A stretch of DNA of 64,000 nt, taken from Lingula anatina (Eukaryota > Animalia > Brachiopoda). Every line of letters begins with the position of its first letter. The first letter of the stretch is position 1. The stretch spans positions 7,502,001-7,566,000 of the forward strand of contig CM120649.1 of NCBI GenBank assembly GCA_051362555.1, given 5' to 3'. A model generated the notes under the pieces. The model was not told the DNA's origin. It ran no database searches and was given only the letters and a program-made list of their open reading frames with translations. This document shows, in pieces, positions 1-13,642 of this stretch. The translations under genes were made by a program, and so were the position numbers.

Positions 1-446
1 TTTTTAACTATAGTTTAGACAAAAAATCCTCCCCTGCAGACTGTTTAAATGATGTCGTCCCATAAAGAGGCTAGAGATCTACATATACGGGGCATACGGT
101 CCAGTCCTTGGCGTTTGGAGGACAGGGGGATACAGACAGTGAACAGTCGGTATCTTGGGCCCTTTTTCCCTCCATCTTTGCTAAAACTTTAATTATATAT
201 ATCCTTGGGCTTGGAAATAATTTACCATACATAATTATCATATATTTTACTGTCAGGATTTTTAATTCGTCCTTTGAGTAATAATTAAAATACAAATGCT
301 ACTAAAATGACATTTTCAACTTACAACTGTGTGACTCTGGTGTGCTTTAAAACCGAAAGTAAAATTTAGTTCAGTTGATTATTATAGCTTGTGTATCAGT
401 TTTATGCTTAAGTAATGTCCCCTGTCTCCCTGGTGGTCACTGTGCA

Positions 447-586
447 AAACCTGGTGGTAACCGTTTAGAACCTGATGGTCACCGTCCAGAACCTGGTGGC
501 CACCGTCCAGAACCTGATGGTCAACGTCCAGAACCTGGTGGCCACCGTCCAGAGCCTGATGGTCAACGTCCAGAACCTGGTGGCCA
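447..586. repeat. 21-bp tandem repeat (42-bp dimer), about 6.5 units
   Basis: CCAGAACCTG(G/A)TGG(C/T)CA(C/A)CGT units. Confidence 0.9.
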
Positions 587-3500
587 CTATTACTAACTGA
601 CATCTGGACCATAAAAACGTTTCTGCAAGTTGCTCCCTGTAGGTTTGAGCTGTGAATGTTTGAACTGTTGTTACAAACCACTTGACCACGTGGAGGAGTG
701 TTAATGGGCCGCGCCATATGGCTGGACGCTACTGTTGCACTTCTACCGGTGGTTGCGGTGTGCTGTGTATAAACACTGACATGTGTAGATGAGATTTTTT
801 TTATATTCTGTATGCAACAGTGTGCATACGTTTTATATTCTGTATACAACAGTGTGTGTACATGTGATTTTGTGTACTGTATAAAACAATGTGTGCACAG
901 ATTTTTTTTTTACATTCTGTACACAACAAAATGTATACATGATATTTTTACATACTGTCTCTCTCTCTCTTTCTCTCTCTCTCTTTCTCACGCGCGCGCG
1001 CACACACACACACAACGGTATGCACCTGAGCACAGGCGTTCCATGTACAGGTATCATATGAAGAATGTACGGCTGCAAAAGTCCGGCAATACTTGTCAGC
1101 TACTTTTAAAATATTTATTCCCTTATCTAACCTGGCTAATGAGCACAAAACTCTGGAAAGCATGTTCATTTTAGTTTACAGTATAACAGTTCTCTTGCTA
1201 CTTTTGAACACTATCTACTGCCGACAGCATTTATCCAGACAAAAGGCGAACAATTTTGATGTACGAAAAACTTTGTTACGATAACGTGATAATGATTCCG
1301 GGAAAGAAGTAATTGTTTTTATATTATTATAAACATAAAAATTCGTTGCAAATGACAAAGTAGGGAAAGTTGGTGACATGTTGGAGCAGATTGGTGAAAT
1401 ACACAACTCTATGGAGTAATCACGAGGTGCGTGAGACGTCATTGAAACCGGCTAAAGAGATAACCAGACACAATATGCAGTATGCATCAATTCCTGTCCA
1501 TTTTTTTTTTTAATTTAAATCTTCACGATCGAAAAAAGTTTTTGGAAAAATAGCAGACGACGAACACATGTTGCCTCTGACAATAACATGGAGGATGCCT
1601 TCGTTTAGATGTCTGCTCAGATGCTGTACAAGCTAGAAGATATTCTACCCAGGAGACCTGCAGCGGTTTCTGGTGTCAAGCAGGGAAATGATCTTTTTTA
1701 TTGCGTATCACCCGGTTAGAAATATAATCTCGCCCCGGCACTGCGGGGTCGGCAGTTTGGTCAAGGATGAACAGATTTCAGCAAAGATTGCGTCTCTCGT
1801 CTTTTCTCCACGGCACCCCATTAAGGGGGATCAATGCCCCGAGCTTTGTGCCCGGCTGTTATTATGTTTGTTAAGAAAGAAACAGGAGTTTTTTCTAAGC
1901 TTGTTTTTACACGCGTCAGCGCCTGTGAGGTGGTAAACGAACGATACTTGAGACGCTGCTTTACAACTACATGTTTAATACTTAACCCAAGTTAAAACTG
2001 GTTCAAGTATTTCTTAAGAAAAGGGAAACCACACGTAACTGATTACAGTTGCCGCAGTAATGTCCGGGTGACAGTCACCACGACAATGTCCCTGTGACAA
2101 TCGCCACGATGATGTCACACTAACAGTCACCACAACAATATCCAGGTGACAGTCGCCACGATAGGTGACATTCATCCCGAAAAAAGCACGGTCCCGATGA
2201 AGTTGCATTCCATGGATGGCGGTCGTATCATAAATAAGCACGACACTTGAAGAGGCAAAGCTCCCCCTCCCCACCCCCCGTCAATGCTAGACGGCAGGGG
2301 GGAAGGTGTTGCTATCAACGCAAATATCATAAAAACAAAACAAGTGTGGGAGATTTTGAATTAGAAAAAAAAATACCGAAATGTTATCACAACATCTATT
2401 AAAGAGCAATCCCTTTCATCACAATCAGTGGAAAGTTATCACAATATTGGCGTGTCAGGGTGTGCTTCCTGCTGTCACTGACCTCCACTTTGATTTATCA
2501 AAAATAATTTCCCTAGATATCTTCATCCACCACCCTAAAACTGCTATATTATCTCATTCTGTCATATGTTCAAAATTGCGTTTTCTTGTTATTCTGGGTA
2601 TATAATCAAGTTACTTTGCACCGTAAGATGGTTGACGTTATACACTGTCGCTCAAGCTCAGTTTGGCCTTATATACAATCCTAAAGTTATCCTGTTAATA
2701 CAATGTATCAACTTCAAAAATCCCGTTTAAAACTTTGAATTAAATAGCTGGATAAAGGTTTTAGGTGAATGTCATGGGTATAGCGTGTAAATACTGAAAA
2801 CCAATTCAGTCTTTCTCACTAAATGGTTTTGAAATGTGACAAACACAAAGAAGTTTTAATCAATAGGCCCGTATGGAGCTCTATACTTTTGTGGAGTAAT
2901 CTTGATATTGGCATGAAAAATTCAATATTGTAAGAGGGATTTAAATCAGCCTATTTTTTACATCAAAAAATTAGGATAGTTATTTTTGTCATTGTTAACG
3001 ATTTGTATGTACTTTTTATTGTTATTTTGATAGTTTCATCTTAATCTTTTCTGTGCTTTATTTCGTTTTTTTATAATTTTAGAATTCTTATAATTGAAGA
3101 AGATGAATCTAATATTTATCATGGTTTTACCCTAAATAAATAAATAAATAAATAAGTAAATAAATTGACAGACAAATAGATAAATGAATAAATGTTTTAT
3201 TAAAAGTCGCCCGGAAATAATTCCGCTACATCCAACTTGTATATTTATCGTTATTTTGTGGATATTCTAAACCTCGTTTCACGGCATCATACTACATATT
3301 ACAACTTTCTCTTAGAATTGTAACTTGAATTACTTCAAACGTTCACTGCATGTATGGCCATCAAACATTAACCATTCACTGTGTGGCAGACCAGAAAAAA
3401 AATTAATAAAATGTGATCATAGTTATATATAATGATTTTTTTCGGATCATCTCATCGCTTTTAAGATTTTAAACGCATTCTGTAGAGGGCAGCCAACCCC

Positions 3501-5408
3501 ATATCGCCGCCTTGAGGTTGGGAAAAGATCGCAGGAGAAGTTTATCTCCATTTCAAGCGGACACTTAACGGCCGACAAACAGTTGGACTTTGAGAAATGA
3601 CCGGCAAATCAAGATATCATCGTGCACAACGTAGTCAGCCCATAACTGTCTGTTCGCACGGAACGCGGGATAAAGAAGTTGAGCCCAGGCGTTGTCCAAT
3701 AGGCGTTGTCAGATTTGACAACCAGATAGAAAAGCGAATATTCATACATGCTTTTCTTTATGCACTTAAATTAAATTAAATTATGTACTTGATGTCCGTT
3801 TCATTAGGTAGTATGTTTTAGGGATCCCTTTTGAAAACCAAAGCATCTTTCCATTTGACTTTATAAATATTCATTCATCTAGAAGAAATCTGACTCAAAA
3901 TGCGTTTATAATTTTACTATCAGTATTTACTTTTTTCATTATGTATTTTTGTATCTGATTCGATGCTTCAAGTTCTTTTTTACCGTTGTCCACTCAGGTT
4001 GGTCTGTCCCCAGGTGAGACCAGTGCTTAAAGACCACGGACTAATTTCATTCATCTCTATTAAATACACCGTCACTTTTCCGTGCAGCTTCAAAGCTGGC
4101 TAAATTTTTTCAAGGGTTTATTCTATCTTTGGACAAAGAGTAAAGAATATATTAAATAAATTGAAACAACGGTAAAATAAATCATTGGTTTTGGGAACTC
4201 CAAATAAGTCTGTGGGATTTTACTCACTTCTGGGCATTTTATCTCAAAACAATACCTATTACAACATCATAAAGAAAATGACATTTTCGTGTATTTTCAA
4301 AAATTAAAATCACTTCACGGATAGACAAAATAAAACATTTTCATACTGTACTTACAGCCATTTTATCCCCGCCGAGTATTGAAGGCAGAGAGTCAGTGCC
4401 ACCAGCAGTCCTATCGTCCACCACATGGTCAGCAGTGTCCAGTCCTGTGTCCACTAGTGGTCAAATCCGGCCTGTGGCGTGAGAGTGATGAGTAGGCGCT
4501 AAACTGGCCAGATTAAAGGGTAGAGCACGGCGTTTACTAAGCGGAGAAGAAGATACGATCTCTAGCTATGAGCGTCATCAGCCGCCGTTTCTGCCCTCCC
4601 TTGCTGACTTATATAACCGCACTTCAAACGTCTGAAAATCACTAAATTCTTTTAAGTTTGATGTCGTCCTAAAATCCGTATATCCAGTTCCAATTTCTCT
4701 TGTCACTGTGAGACGACGGTGTCACACGACCGGAGTGTAAGTTGCCTTCCGCGTTCACTGGCGTCGTCAAAACCCTCTTTCCTTTTCTATCTGCTGATAA
4801 TTCTTAATCCCGTTTAACAGTGAGTAGGTTAAAACTGGCGGAGTGAGACTCCATCTAAATACATCCGAAGCCCGTGCGCTGTACGATCTGTAAAAGATTT
4901 ATATAATATTACATCTAAGATTAACTTCACGATATAAAACACCAACACGTGTGTGTATATGGCAGAGAAGGAAAACCCTCATAAAACCTCTCCCAGCGAC
5001 GTATTATTGGATGATCAGATGATCCCTCAATGAGATTTCGGGGAATTCGCCCACAGTCACCCGGTGTTCAGGCTCCGAGGTGAGATGACCCGAGGTGATA
5101 TTACCGGCAGCGATCTCGTCTCTTGTGCCCTCAGTGTGTTCCCGGGGTACAGCGTTCAGCAGGAGATCGCGGGAGTCGAGCGTTCTGTACGAGGACCTCA
5201 GTATGTTCTGCTTCCAGCCGAGAGTGACTCAATCAAGTCGTATTTCGGCGGTCTGTGTAATGAGATTATCCCAGCAAGCACCTGTTGAGCTGTCCTCGAG
5301 TCCTTTGTAAAGATCACTTACGTGCTGTATGGCTGATAGCGACGCACAGGTAATTGATCAGGGTATTAAGCTTATCTTATTATATGACAGCCTTAACCGA
5401 GGTGGGTG

Positions 5409-5439
<31 letters not shown>

Positions 5440-8400
5440 GAGAGAGAGAGAGAGAGAGTGGGTTAAAACAAATAGTTCTTTTAGTTCTAAATATTACAAC
5501 TGATAACACAGTGCATTTTTTTTTTCTTATTTTCCCAAAGACGAGATATCATTGTAAGTAATGCTAACATGAGACTGGTGACTGGCCTTAAAAGAGATTA
5601 CATTTATAAATGGGTTTTAAAACCTCGATTTTCGTGTTTCACTACTCTTAAGCTTTATATCGATATCATCAACATAAACTCATACATATCTTGGACTATT
5701 TGCCGATTTGATGGTTTTATCTTTTTTTCCGTCTTGGAAAGAATTTTTTCATGTTGCTTTAAGATATTAAAATGATTTATATAAATTTCTCAGCCTTTTT
5801 GTCTTGTTTTGTCCAGGTATACCAGAGGAAGATGGCCATGGAGCATTAAGAAATGGTAGCCAAAATATTAAATTTTGAACATTTTTGTTTCTTTTTTTCC
5901 CCTAAATATGGAAACCGTCGAAAATGTACCGGTCCTCATGTCGATATAGTTTGCGTTGTTTTCGGTTTCCCCCGTCTCCAGTGACTACAACGTTGCTCCG
6001 CGTTCAGGTCGATAACACTCCTCGACGAAATCACTCAGGACAGCAGCGGGTGAATTACACATGTTCAGGGCACTTCCACCGTTCAGTCAACGCCCGGAGA
6101 GTGCATATTTTATAACGTTGTTTTATAACGACATGCTGCGAACCTTAGACCCCCTTCCATCCCGGGGCACAGAACATGGCCCCAGTGCCACAATACACTT
6201 TACAGCAACATAATACAACCTCCGGCACGTTCACACCCAAACAGCCAAGGATTACATATCGGTCCGACGCACGTCATTAGGCGTTCACCAGTCTTTATCT
6301 GTCTGGAATATGGGCATTTGATAACAACGTGAGTTGGAGCGCTATCCGTTCTGACGCCGTCCTCGTCTGAGCTCGCTGAAAGCGCGAGGAACGCAGGAAA
6401 CATTTTGTTCAAAACAATTGGATAAATTAATTAGATTAACTAGAATCAAATCGTTGTTAGGATTGGATTGACAGGAATGAAATATTGCCAAAATGCTTAT
6501 TGGGAGGGAATAAATATTGTTCTTAAAACACTTGCCTTGTTTATAATTTAACAAAGCTGGCCCCATTACCCTGGGAGTTCTACAAACAGCGTGTGATATA
6601 TTGGAGCCTCCTCTCTCTGTCTGTAGTCAACGGGCGCTGTGTGTCGGCTTCTACAGGAACAAGAACAGAGGCAATCTGTATCTTCGAGTAAAGAATGGGT
6701 CTCTGTCTACTGAAACTGTTATGTACCAAAATACTGACTATTTCTGCCCTTAACAATCATGTCTCCCACCTCGTAAAATCTTATTCCATTCTTCATAACG
6801 CGATCATAAAAAGTCTGTACGCCACAGCTCGACTCACTCTGCTGTTCATCTCAAATAATATTTGAAATATAAAAAAATGCATATCTACAGCTTTTGTTAT
6901 CTCTTCTTTGTATTTTTTGTTTGTTTCATACGTCCATCATATTCTAGTTTGAATGTCGGCTATGCTGACGTTCAACTACTATGTACTACTTTCGTCTGTG
7001 TGGATTTGCTCCGGAAAATATGATACAGAAATACAATGTCCAGTCCTGCGTGTACGTGTTTAGAAAACTGACAGTGTTACCCTGATCTTCAGCAGATTTT
7101 CCAATGTTTGACAGATACTGAAATCCAGTGTTTATCTCCGCCAGTATACGCTGCTCTGAGAGCCCTGCTCCCGCCGTCATATCGGTTCTACATCACCAGG
7201 ATTCAGAGGATTTGAGGCAGCCACTGGGGCCATTTTGTTGTATTTAAAATTTAAAGACAAGAGTACAGAAGAACTAAATGATGGTATAATGTGTATACGC
7301 TTGATAAAAACTTACCTCTACAGATATTCGACTTCCTCTGTAGCCTGCCTGTGTGTGTATTCAGTGGTAAACTCACGTGAGCTCTCTCACAGCGTTGGTA
7401 TTACAGCGGCCAGTCGCGTTCCTACAGGCTAATGTGAACGGCAAGCGGGGTAATGTCGACGAGGGCTGCGTTCCGGGACAGAAGTTATGAGGGGTTTCTA
7501 TGCTGTCGGCCATTTAACCCCCAGTTGCCTCCTTACTACGCCGTGATTAATGTCTTTTCAGCGTCCGTCAATGCCGGGATTAAACACATTAAACAGATAT
7601 AACCCCTTTACCACTTACGACTGTACCCTCTCTAGCGGGCGTTCTGCACTGATATGTTGCCCTGAGGCCGAGGAAACTAAACTGTGTTGTTTTTGTCCGA
7701 AATCGTCCACATCTATTTTGAGTTTATAAAATATAAATAAATCTTTATTTCATTAAACATACTTTCCCTCATGCTTGTCATTGATAGAACTCTTTTAATA
7801 TTCTTTTTCTTAATTTCTTTTTTTTTTTCACTTTTGAAATTCATTTTTAAAATTTGCGTTTCTGTTCGAAGTGAAATGGCAGAAACCAAATCATCGTCCA
7901 CGCGACTGACGGTAGCTGAAGAGTTCAACAGTCCTGAAATCATTTTTATAGATGATATTTCAGCCAGTGTTTCACAGTTTGATGGGACATTGAACTCGGT
8001 ATGTTTTTCAATACAGTTGAGAAGCCCAGGGGAATGTTCATGCTTTTTTCTCACCGTAACCCCGTATACAATCCACCGATGCTAAAGATTCGTGCTTTGC
8101 CTGACACGCAATTGGCGTGAACAAAATTGTAAACGTATTAGAAGGCATACAGTATTTCTATAAATTTTACCTTAATTTTACACAGATGGGCACTATCCGG
8201 CTACATGTAACAGAGTGTCAACAAAACTGTAGCCGAACTAGAATTATCAAAAATTTACAAAGTTAACCTTTGGTATTTCTAAATCTAGGCGAATAGATAC
8301 ATTTACAGCCAAACACACGCTTTCGGTCCCATTGCCTTCACGTCAAACACCGCGTGAACCGTTCCATGGCTTCTTGCATTTTTACCTCGAGAAAATAATA

Positions 8401-9049
8401 CGTCATAAGTTGAGAATAATTACTTCATTAATAAAGAACGATATGTCACGGAAACGATAAAGTTGTAGCAGACTAAGATGTGCGTATGGAAATAAAATAG
8501 TTCTAATCTACTGGCTACGATAACGATCACCGTAAACGCTTAAATAAAGAGATTATACTCTGGCACATGGATAATTACCAGACCCGTTATTAAAATTAGA
8601 AACAATATTAAGGCCAAACAAAATATGCTCATATAATCGCTGCGGCTAACGTCTACCGGCAAAATGGAAATTAAAAAGTATTTATCTCTTTCATTTGTCA
8701 TCAGCATTTTTCTATAGGATTAATCTGCATTTCTCTTCGTGAAATATAGCGAATTGAGCTACAAACCTATCAGTTTGATGGTTATTTTGGTATTTGACAA
8801 ACGAAAAAAAAAACGTTTATAATTAACACGAGTAAAACAACGCCCAGCCCTCCGAAAGTAATATTTCAATAGATGTAGTCCTACAGCGTTGTTTCCAGAA
8901 ATGTCATAGCTGCTAGAGATAAATGTAATTAAATGTGCGGTGTATTGGCTCATATATTTACTAAAGATGGATAATAATGTGTGGCTAATATAGTAACTAG
9001 AGATGGATGATTGTAAATGTACAGTGTACATATATCGGCTCTGACAGTT

Positions 9050-9610
9050 ACTAGTTAATGTGTGGTGTATTGGTCCATATAGTTACTAGAGATAAATGTT
9101 AGTTAATGTGCGGTATATTTACTCATATAGTTACTAGAGATAAATGTTAGTTAATGTGCGGTATATTTACTCATATAGTTACTGGAGATAAATGTTAGTT
9201 AATGTGCGGTATATTTACTCATATAGTTACTGGAGATAAATGTTAGTTAATGTGCGGTATATTTACTCATATAGTTACTGGAGATAAATGTTAGTTAATG
9301 TGCGGTATATTTACTCATATAGTTACTGGAGATAAATGTTAGTTAATGTGCGGTATATTTACTCATATAGTTACTGGAGATAAATGATAGTTAATGTGCG
9401 GTATATTTACTCATATAGTTACTGGAGATAAATGTTAGTTAATGTGCGGTATATTTACTCATATAGTTACTGGAGATAAATGTTAGTTAATGTGCGGTAT
9501 ATTTACTCATATAGTTACTGGAGATAAATGTTAGTTAATGTGCGGTATATTTACTCATATAGTTACTGGAGATAGATGATAGTTAATGCGCGATGTATCG
9601 GCTCATATAG
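9050..9610. repeat. 48-bp minisatellite, about 11 units, degenerate back to about 8905
   Basis: AGTTACTGGAGATAAATGTTAGTTAATGTGCGGTATATTTACTCATAT. Confidence 0.95.
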
Positions 9611-10024
9611 TACAGACATAACGCAGCAGTGAATGGCATCACATCCTCGTTAAAACCACATTCTATACATTGGGGCGAGCATAAATCACGCAGTTGCTCC
9701 TCCAGGACGCTCCTCACCGCACTGAGAGGCGGGGTGTCATGAGGCAAATATGACAACATAAATCTTCTCTATTAATGGCAGCTTGATCGACTAGTTAAGT
9801 GAAACGGCATCTCGCGGGTTCCGGCAGCTACTGTAGGCCCTATCGTGGAAACAGAACACAAAGAGCTGGTGTGGTCCTGTACTGGCTGGACTGATATAGA
9901 CAGGTCTTCCTTTGTGTAACGGCTGGCTTCCTGCCGGTGGTCAGCCCCACACCGTGGTCTTCCTGCTGGACACATGGTGACTCGGCCTGGTCAGAGCGAT
10001 GTGCTCTGTAGGCCTATCGGAGGG

Positions 10025-10059
10025 TGGGAGAGAGAAAGAGAGAGAGAGAGTGTGTGTGC

Positions 10060-10115
<56 letters not shown>

Positions 10116-10132
10116 GAGGGGGGGGGGGGGGG
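10025..10132. repeat. compound (GA)n/(GT)n/poly-G microsatellite
   Basis: Read directly; similar tracts near 957-1013, 5410-5458, 37503-37560 and 59515-59602. Confidence 0.95.
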
Positions 10133-10507
10133 TCCTGCCACCCCGAGAGAAAGTTACTACCGCCCCCTCCCCCTGATTTCAACAAGTATCGAACTTAAGT
10201 AAGCAACTTTGCAACTTTTAATTCCATCAAGTGTGACATTTCACACCTGTCGCATTCTTTTCCGGCTATAAAGCACATCCCAACTGTCTCAACTAGCACA
10301 TTTCCTCTGACCGCGGACGGCGTGTTATCTGAAAGGCCCTCTTCAATGACTCATGCAATCATCAGTTCAGCCGAGCACAGCTTCAGAATTTGGCAATCAT
10401 TAGAACGTGGTTAAGGGCGCTAACTTGACTTTAAAGATGGCAAAAAGTGTAAACGGTTTACCTTTAGATAGAGAGTAAACAGACATGTGAAGCTTGTAGG
10501 GGTCTGA

Positions 10508-10680
10508 GGGGGCCGTAGCTAGTCCGAAGGTTCAATAGTCCGAAGGTTCATTGGTCCGAATGTTCACTATAGAACCTTCGGACCAATGAACCCTTGATTA
10601 AAAAATCGATGAAAATGTTACCACTTTTCGGACCAATGAACCTTCGGACCAATGAACCTTCGGACTATCGAGACGCCCCC
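10508..10680. mobile_element. small foldback element or MITE built from inverted arrays of a 16-bp unit
   Basis: Left arm (GTCCGAAGGTTCATTG)n, right arm (CAATGAACCTTCGGAC)n, GGGG...CCCC ends. Confidence 0.6.
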
Positions 10681-11313
10681 GGTCTGAGACAGAAAAATAT
10701 TTTCGAATCTCCAATATGCAAGATAGTTAATAAAAGCCGTTCTTCTCCACAGATTGTACATGTAAATCTAAAATGTACTCTTGTCTTTTTTTCCTGTCTT
10801 TTTGTGATAAAACTATTTAAAATTTACTGCGACTTGGATTTTAATCCTGATGCATGACAAGTACATACTTTTGTATCTGGTAATGGCTGAAACTATGTCA
10901 TAAATCAAACAACACTTTCAGTGATCAATAGTTTACTGTTAATCCCATTCGTTTGTGGCAGAGCATGAACAATGTAATGCTATCACGGAATTAACTAGAT
11001 GTACTGTAGAAAGTGCTCAAAATATTATATAATATATAATTTATATACATAACACACTACAATAACGTTTTGATACTCAGCCGGGGGAATACGCGTGGAA
11101 GCTTTACAAGCCTTCCAAACTAAATGCACCAATCCTATGTTAAATGGTAAATAAGGTTATATTCTATCATTATTGCAACAGCTGGTGAAATAACACTAAT
11201 AACATAAGAACAACAAAAATGTTTGCCGCTCTCGCCTCCGGCATATTAATTTCTTATCTGGGGAGCACAAACAGCAAAATGGGCCTCAGTAATCACTCCT
11301 GAACAGAACAACA

Positions 11314-11319
11314 TTTATT
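11314..11319 (-). promoter_or_regulatory. candidate FARP polyadenylation signal AATAAA (3' UTR about 2.2 kb)
   Basis: TTTATT on plus strand, close to where CpG frequency changes; other candidates near 11839 and 13210. Confidence 0.35.
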
Positions 11320-12276
11320 ACTCCTGGACACTGCGGTCTTGCAGGAACACTTCTAATTACTGTACATAATTAACAAATATAGTTTGTGACTAATTAACAA
11401 CTCCATCACAGATTCACTCACTTGGACTCTTTTATACAGGAGGTTACAAAAGTGAATAGTACAAAAGTGTTATGAATAGCAATAGAGCTTTCTTTTAAAC
11501 CTCCGCATGTTCTACTAAATCTGCCTCTCAAAATCTGCCGTTGAAAATTGGCAGTATGGAAAAAATGCGTCAGTCAAGTAGCAAATGAAAATGAACACAC
11601 TGCCAGTGCATTTATGTAAGATTTACTGCTGGATTAATTGGCAACTAAACATTGTTTTCATAACACATTAAACTCAAGTGTGTTTGTTAGTGAGATACAG
11701 GTATACAGACACTTGTATTCACTGATAATTTGATTATTATGCAAAAGCATGATTAAAGAAGCATAATAGACATGATTTATAATAGCAAAAATTCACAAAG
11801 TCCCCTCATTATTTACTCTGCTATACATACATGTAAGGTTTATTTCTCACTTTATCACTTAAGCTAACACGCTATCTACTTGTACACGTTTTCTAGATAT
11901 CTGACAGAAACGTGATGACTGACACGGCTCTGTTGACAAGAAGGATGGCTTGTCAGTGTCATCAACGTGACAGTGGACAGGATGGCGCAAGTTTGTCCAT
12001 GCAAAGTGGTATTTCTTGTGGATAGAAAACTAATTTCTGACCCAGCATTATGGTTAACATGGTACTGGTATAAATGTCCTACATTCATGAAAGATTGAAG
12101 TGTGAATCATGATGTACACAAAAGATAAAGCTCAAAATATCAAATGCAAAGGTATCAAAAATACTTCTTACTAAAAGAAAGGAATATATTTGGTCATTTT
12201 AATACATCAGCTGATGGGTATTTTATGTTAAGAAACCAAATGTTGAGGGCCTTGGCTTCAGTGGCAACCTGGCTGA

Positions 12277-12505
12277 TGTGTTAGGTGTGCCAGTGTACTG
12301 GAGGAGATTGTGTTAGGTGTGCCAGTGTACTGGAGGAGATTGTGTTAGGTGTGCCAGTGTACTGGGAGAGATTGTGTTAGGTGTGCCAGTGTACTGGAGG
12401 AGATTGTGTTAGGTGTGCCAGTGTACTGGAGGAGATTGTGTTAGGTGTGCCAGTGTACTGGAGGAGATTGTGTTAGGTGTGCCAGTGTACTGGAGGAGAT
12501 TGTGT
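12277..12505. repeat. 32-bp minisatellite, about 7 units, in the probable FARP 3' UTR
   Basis: TGTGTTAGGTGTGCCAGTGTACTGGAGGAGAT. Confidence 0.95.
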
Positions 12506-13554
12506 CAGCGCATTCACACTCAGTACACATGCACTCAGTTCTTGATATCTAGATCTTTGTAGTGCTGTTATCTTTTTTTTTCAAAGTGAAGTCTTGATAA
12601 ATAAGGTCTGTATTCAGAGGCCATGATTTCCCTGTCTGACTTCCATCAGACCCTTGGTGAGAGATGTGCAAATGGCAAAGCCATTCTACTGATGATGAGA
12701 AATCACACTAATGATCTGATATAATGGCTCAAACACCACCTTACTCCCCTCGTCAAAGGCAATTGACTCTCCCATTAAACAGCAAGGCCACAACATGAGG
12801 AGTCCAGTTTCACACTAGGAGGGGAACCAATTAACATATCTTCTTTACAGCTCATATTTTTGTCATCAGGATGACTTAGAAACCTATGATAGGTACTAGA
12901 AATGTCGTTACCGCTGACGACACACACCATTTCCCATCCTTTGTTGTGCTGGGTGGCCCTGTGGGAAGACCACTTTCTATTTCCTGATCTCTAAACAGCT
13001 GCCGATTTTCTGGCAATGGCAGCCCTGGGGCCACAGCTTAATGTCCACGCAAATGATAAAAATACTTCACGTGATCAAAATGATACATCTGTGACCGTTA
13101 AACTGTAATTAAGAAGAAAAAAACGTATCAACTGTTTCTCTTTGAGAACCAAAGATTACACTGGTCATGTCCTGTCCTCCTTATGTACCTCACAGGACAT
13201 GTGACATCTTTTATTGCTCAAAAGGCAGTGGTTAATCCTCGAAACTCCCAGTCCTTCAGTGTCAGCAGAGTTTAATGTGGACATCTTCCTGATCACTTTC
13301 TGGGAAACTCCCTGGGGATATGACCATCACCCTGAGGTCTAATGCCCTCCCCAGGGGTGCCCTCCCCCAGGGGAAGCATTTCAATTTATTCCACATCACC
13401 AGCAGTTGTCTCTTTAACTTTTTACACATTATTATTTCTTCAGCATCCACCAAATGCGCGGAATCTATTTGTCCTGATTTCAGTCTCTCCCCACACCATG
13501 CTAATATAAGTCAGTGTGAAAGCACAAATCAGAACCCAGGCTAGTCCGCAGTCG

Positions 13555-13642
13555 TCATCTGGCCTCCATCTCACTCTCCATGCGACTGAACAGCCGTGTC
13601 CTGTGTGCACTGCTGGTGGCACTGTTGATCACTTCAATCCAC
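13555..13642 (-). CDS. FARP2: FARP last coding exon [28 protein letters not shown]
   Basis: TTTCAG acceptor, phase 2; completes the PH helix (TFER-WIEVI); TGA at 13557-13555; follows a 13.2-kb intron. Confidence 0.92.

Noticed and set aside
5064-5310. GC-rich overlapping ORFs
   Set aside because: Non-ATG starts and no motif; more likely non-coding CG-rich sequence
6986-8085. Exon-like ORFs (MTAGAGLSEQ..., 7713-8054, 7771-8085)
   Set aside because: No recognisable homology, and I could not chain them with consistent splice phases
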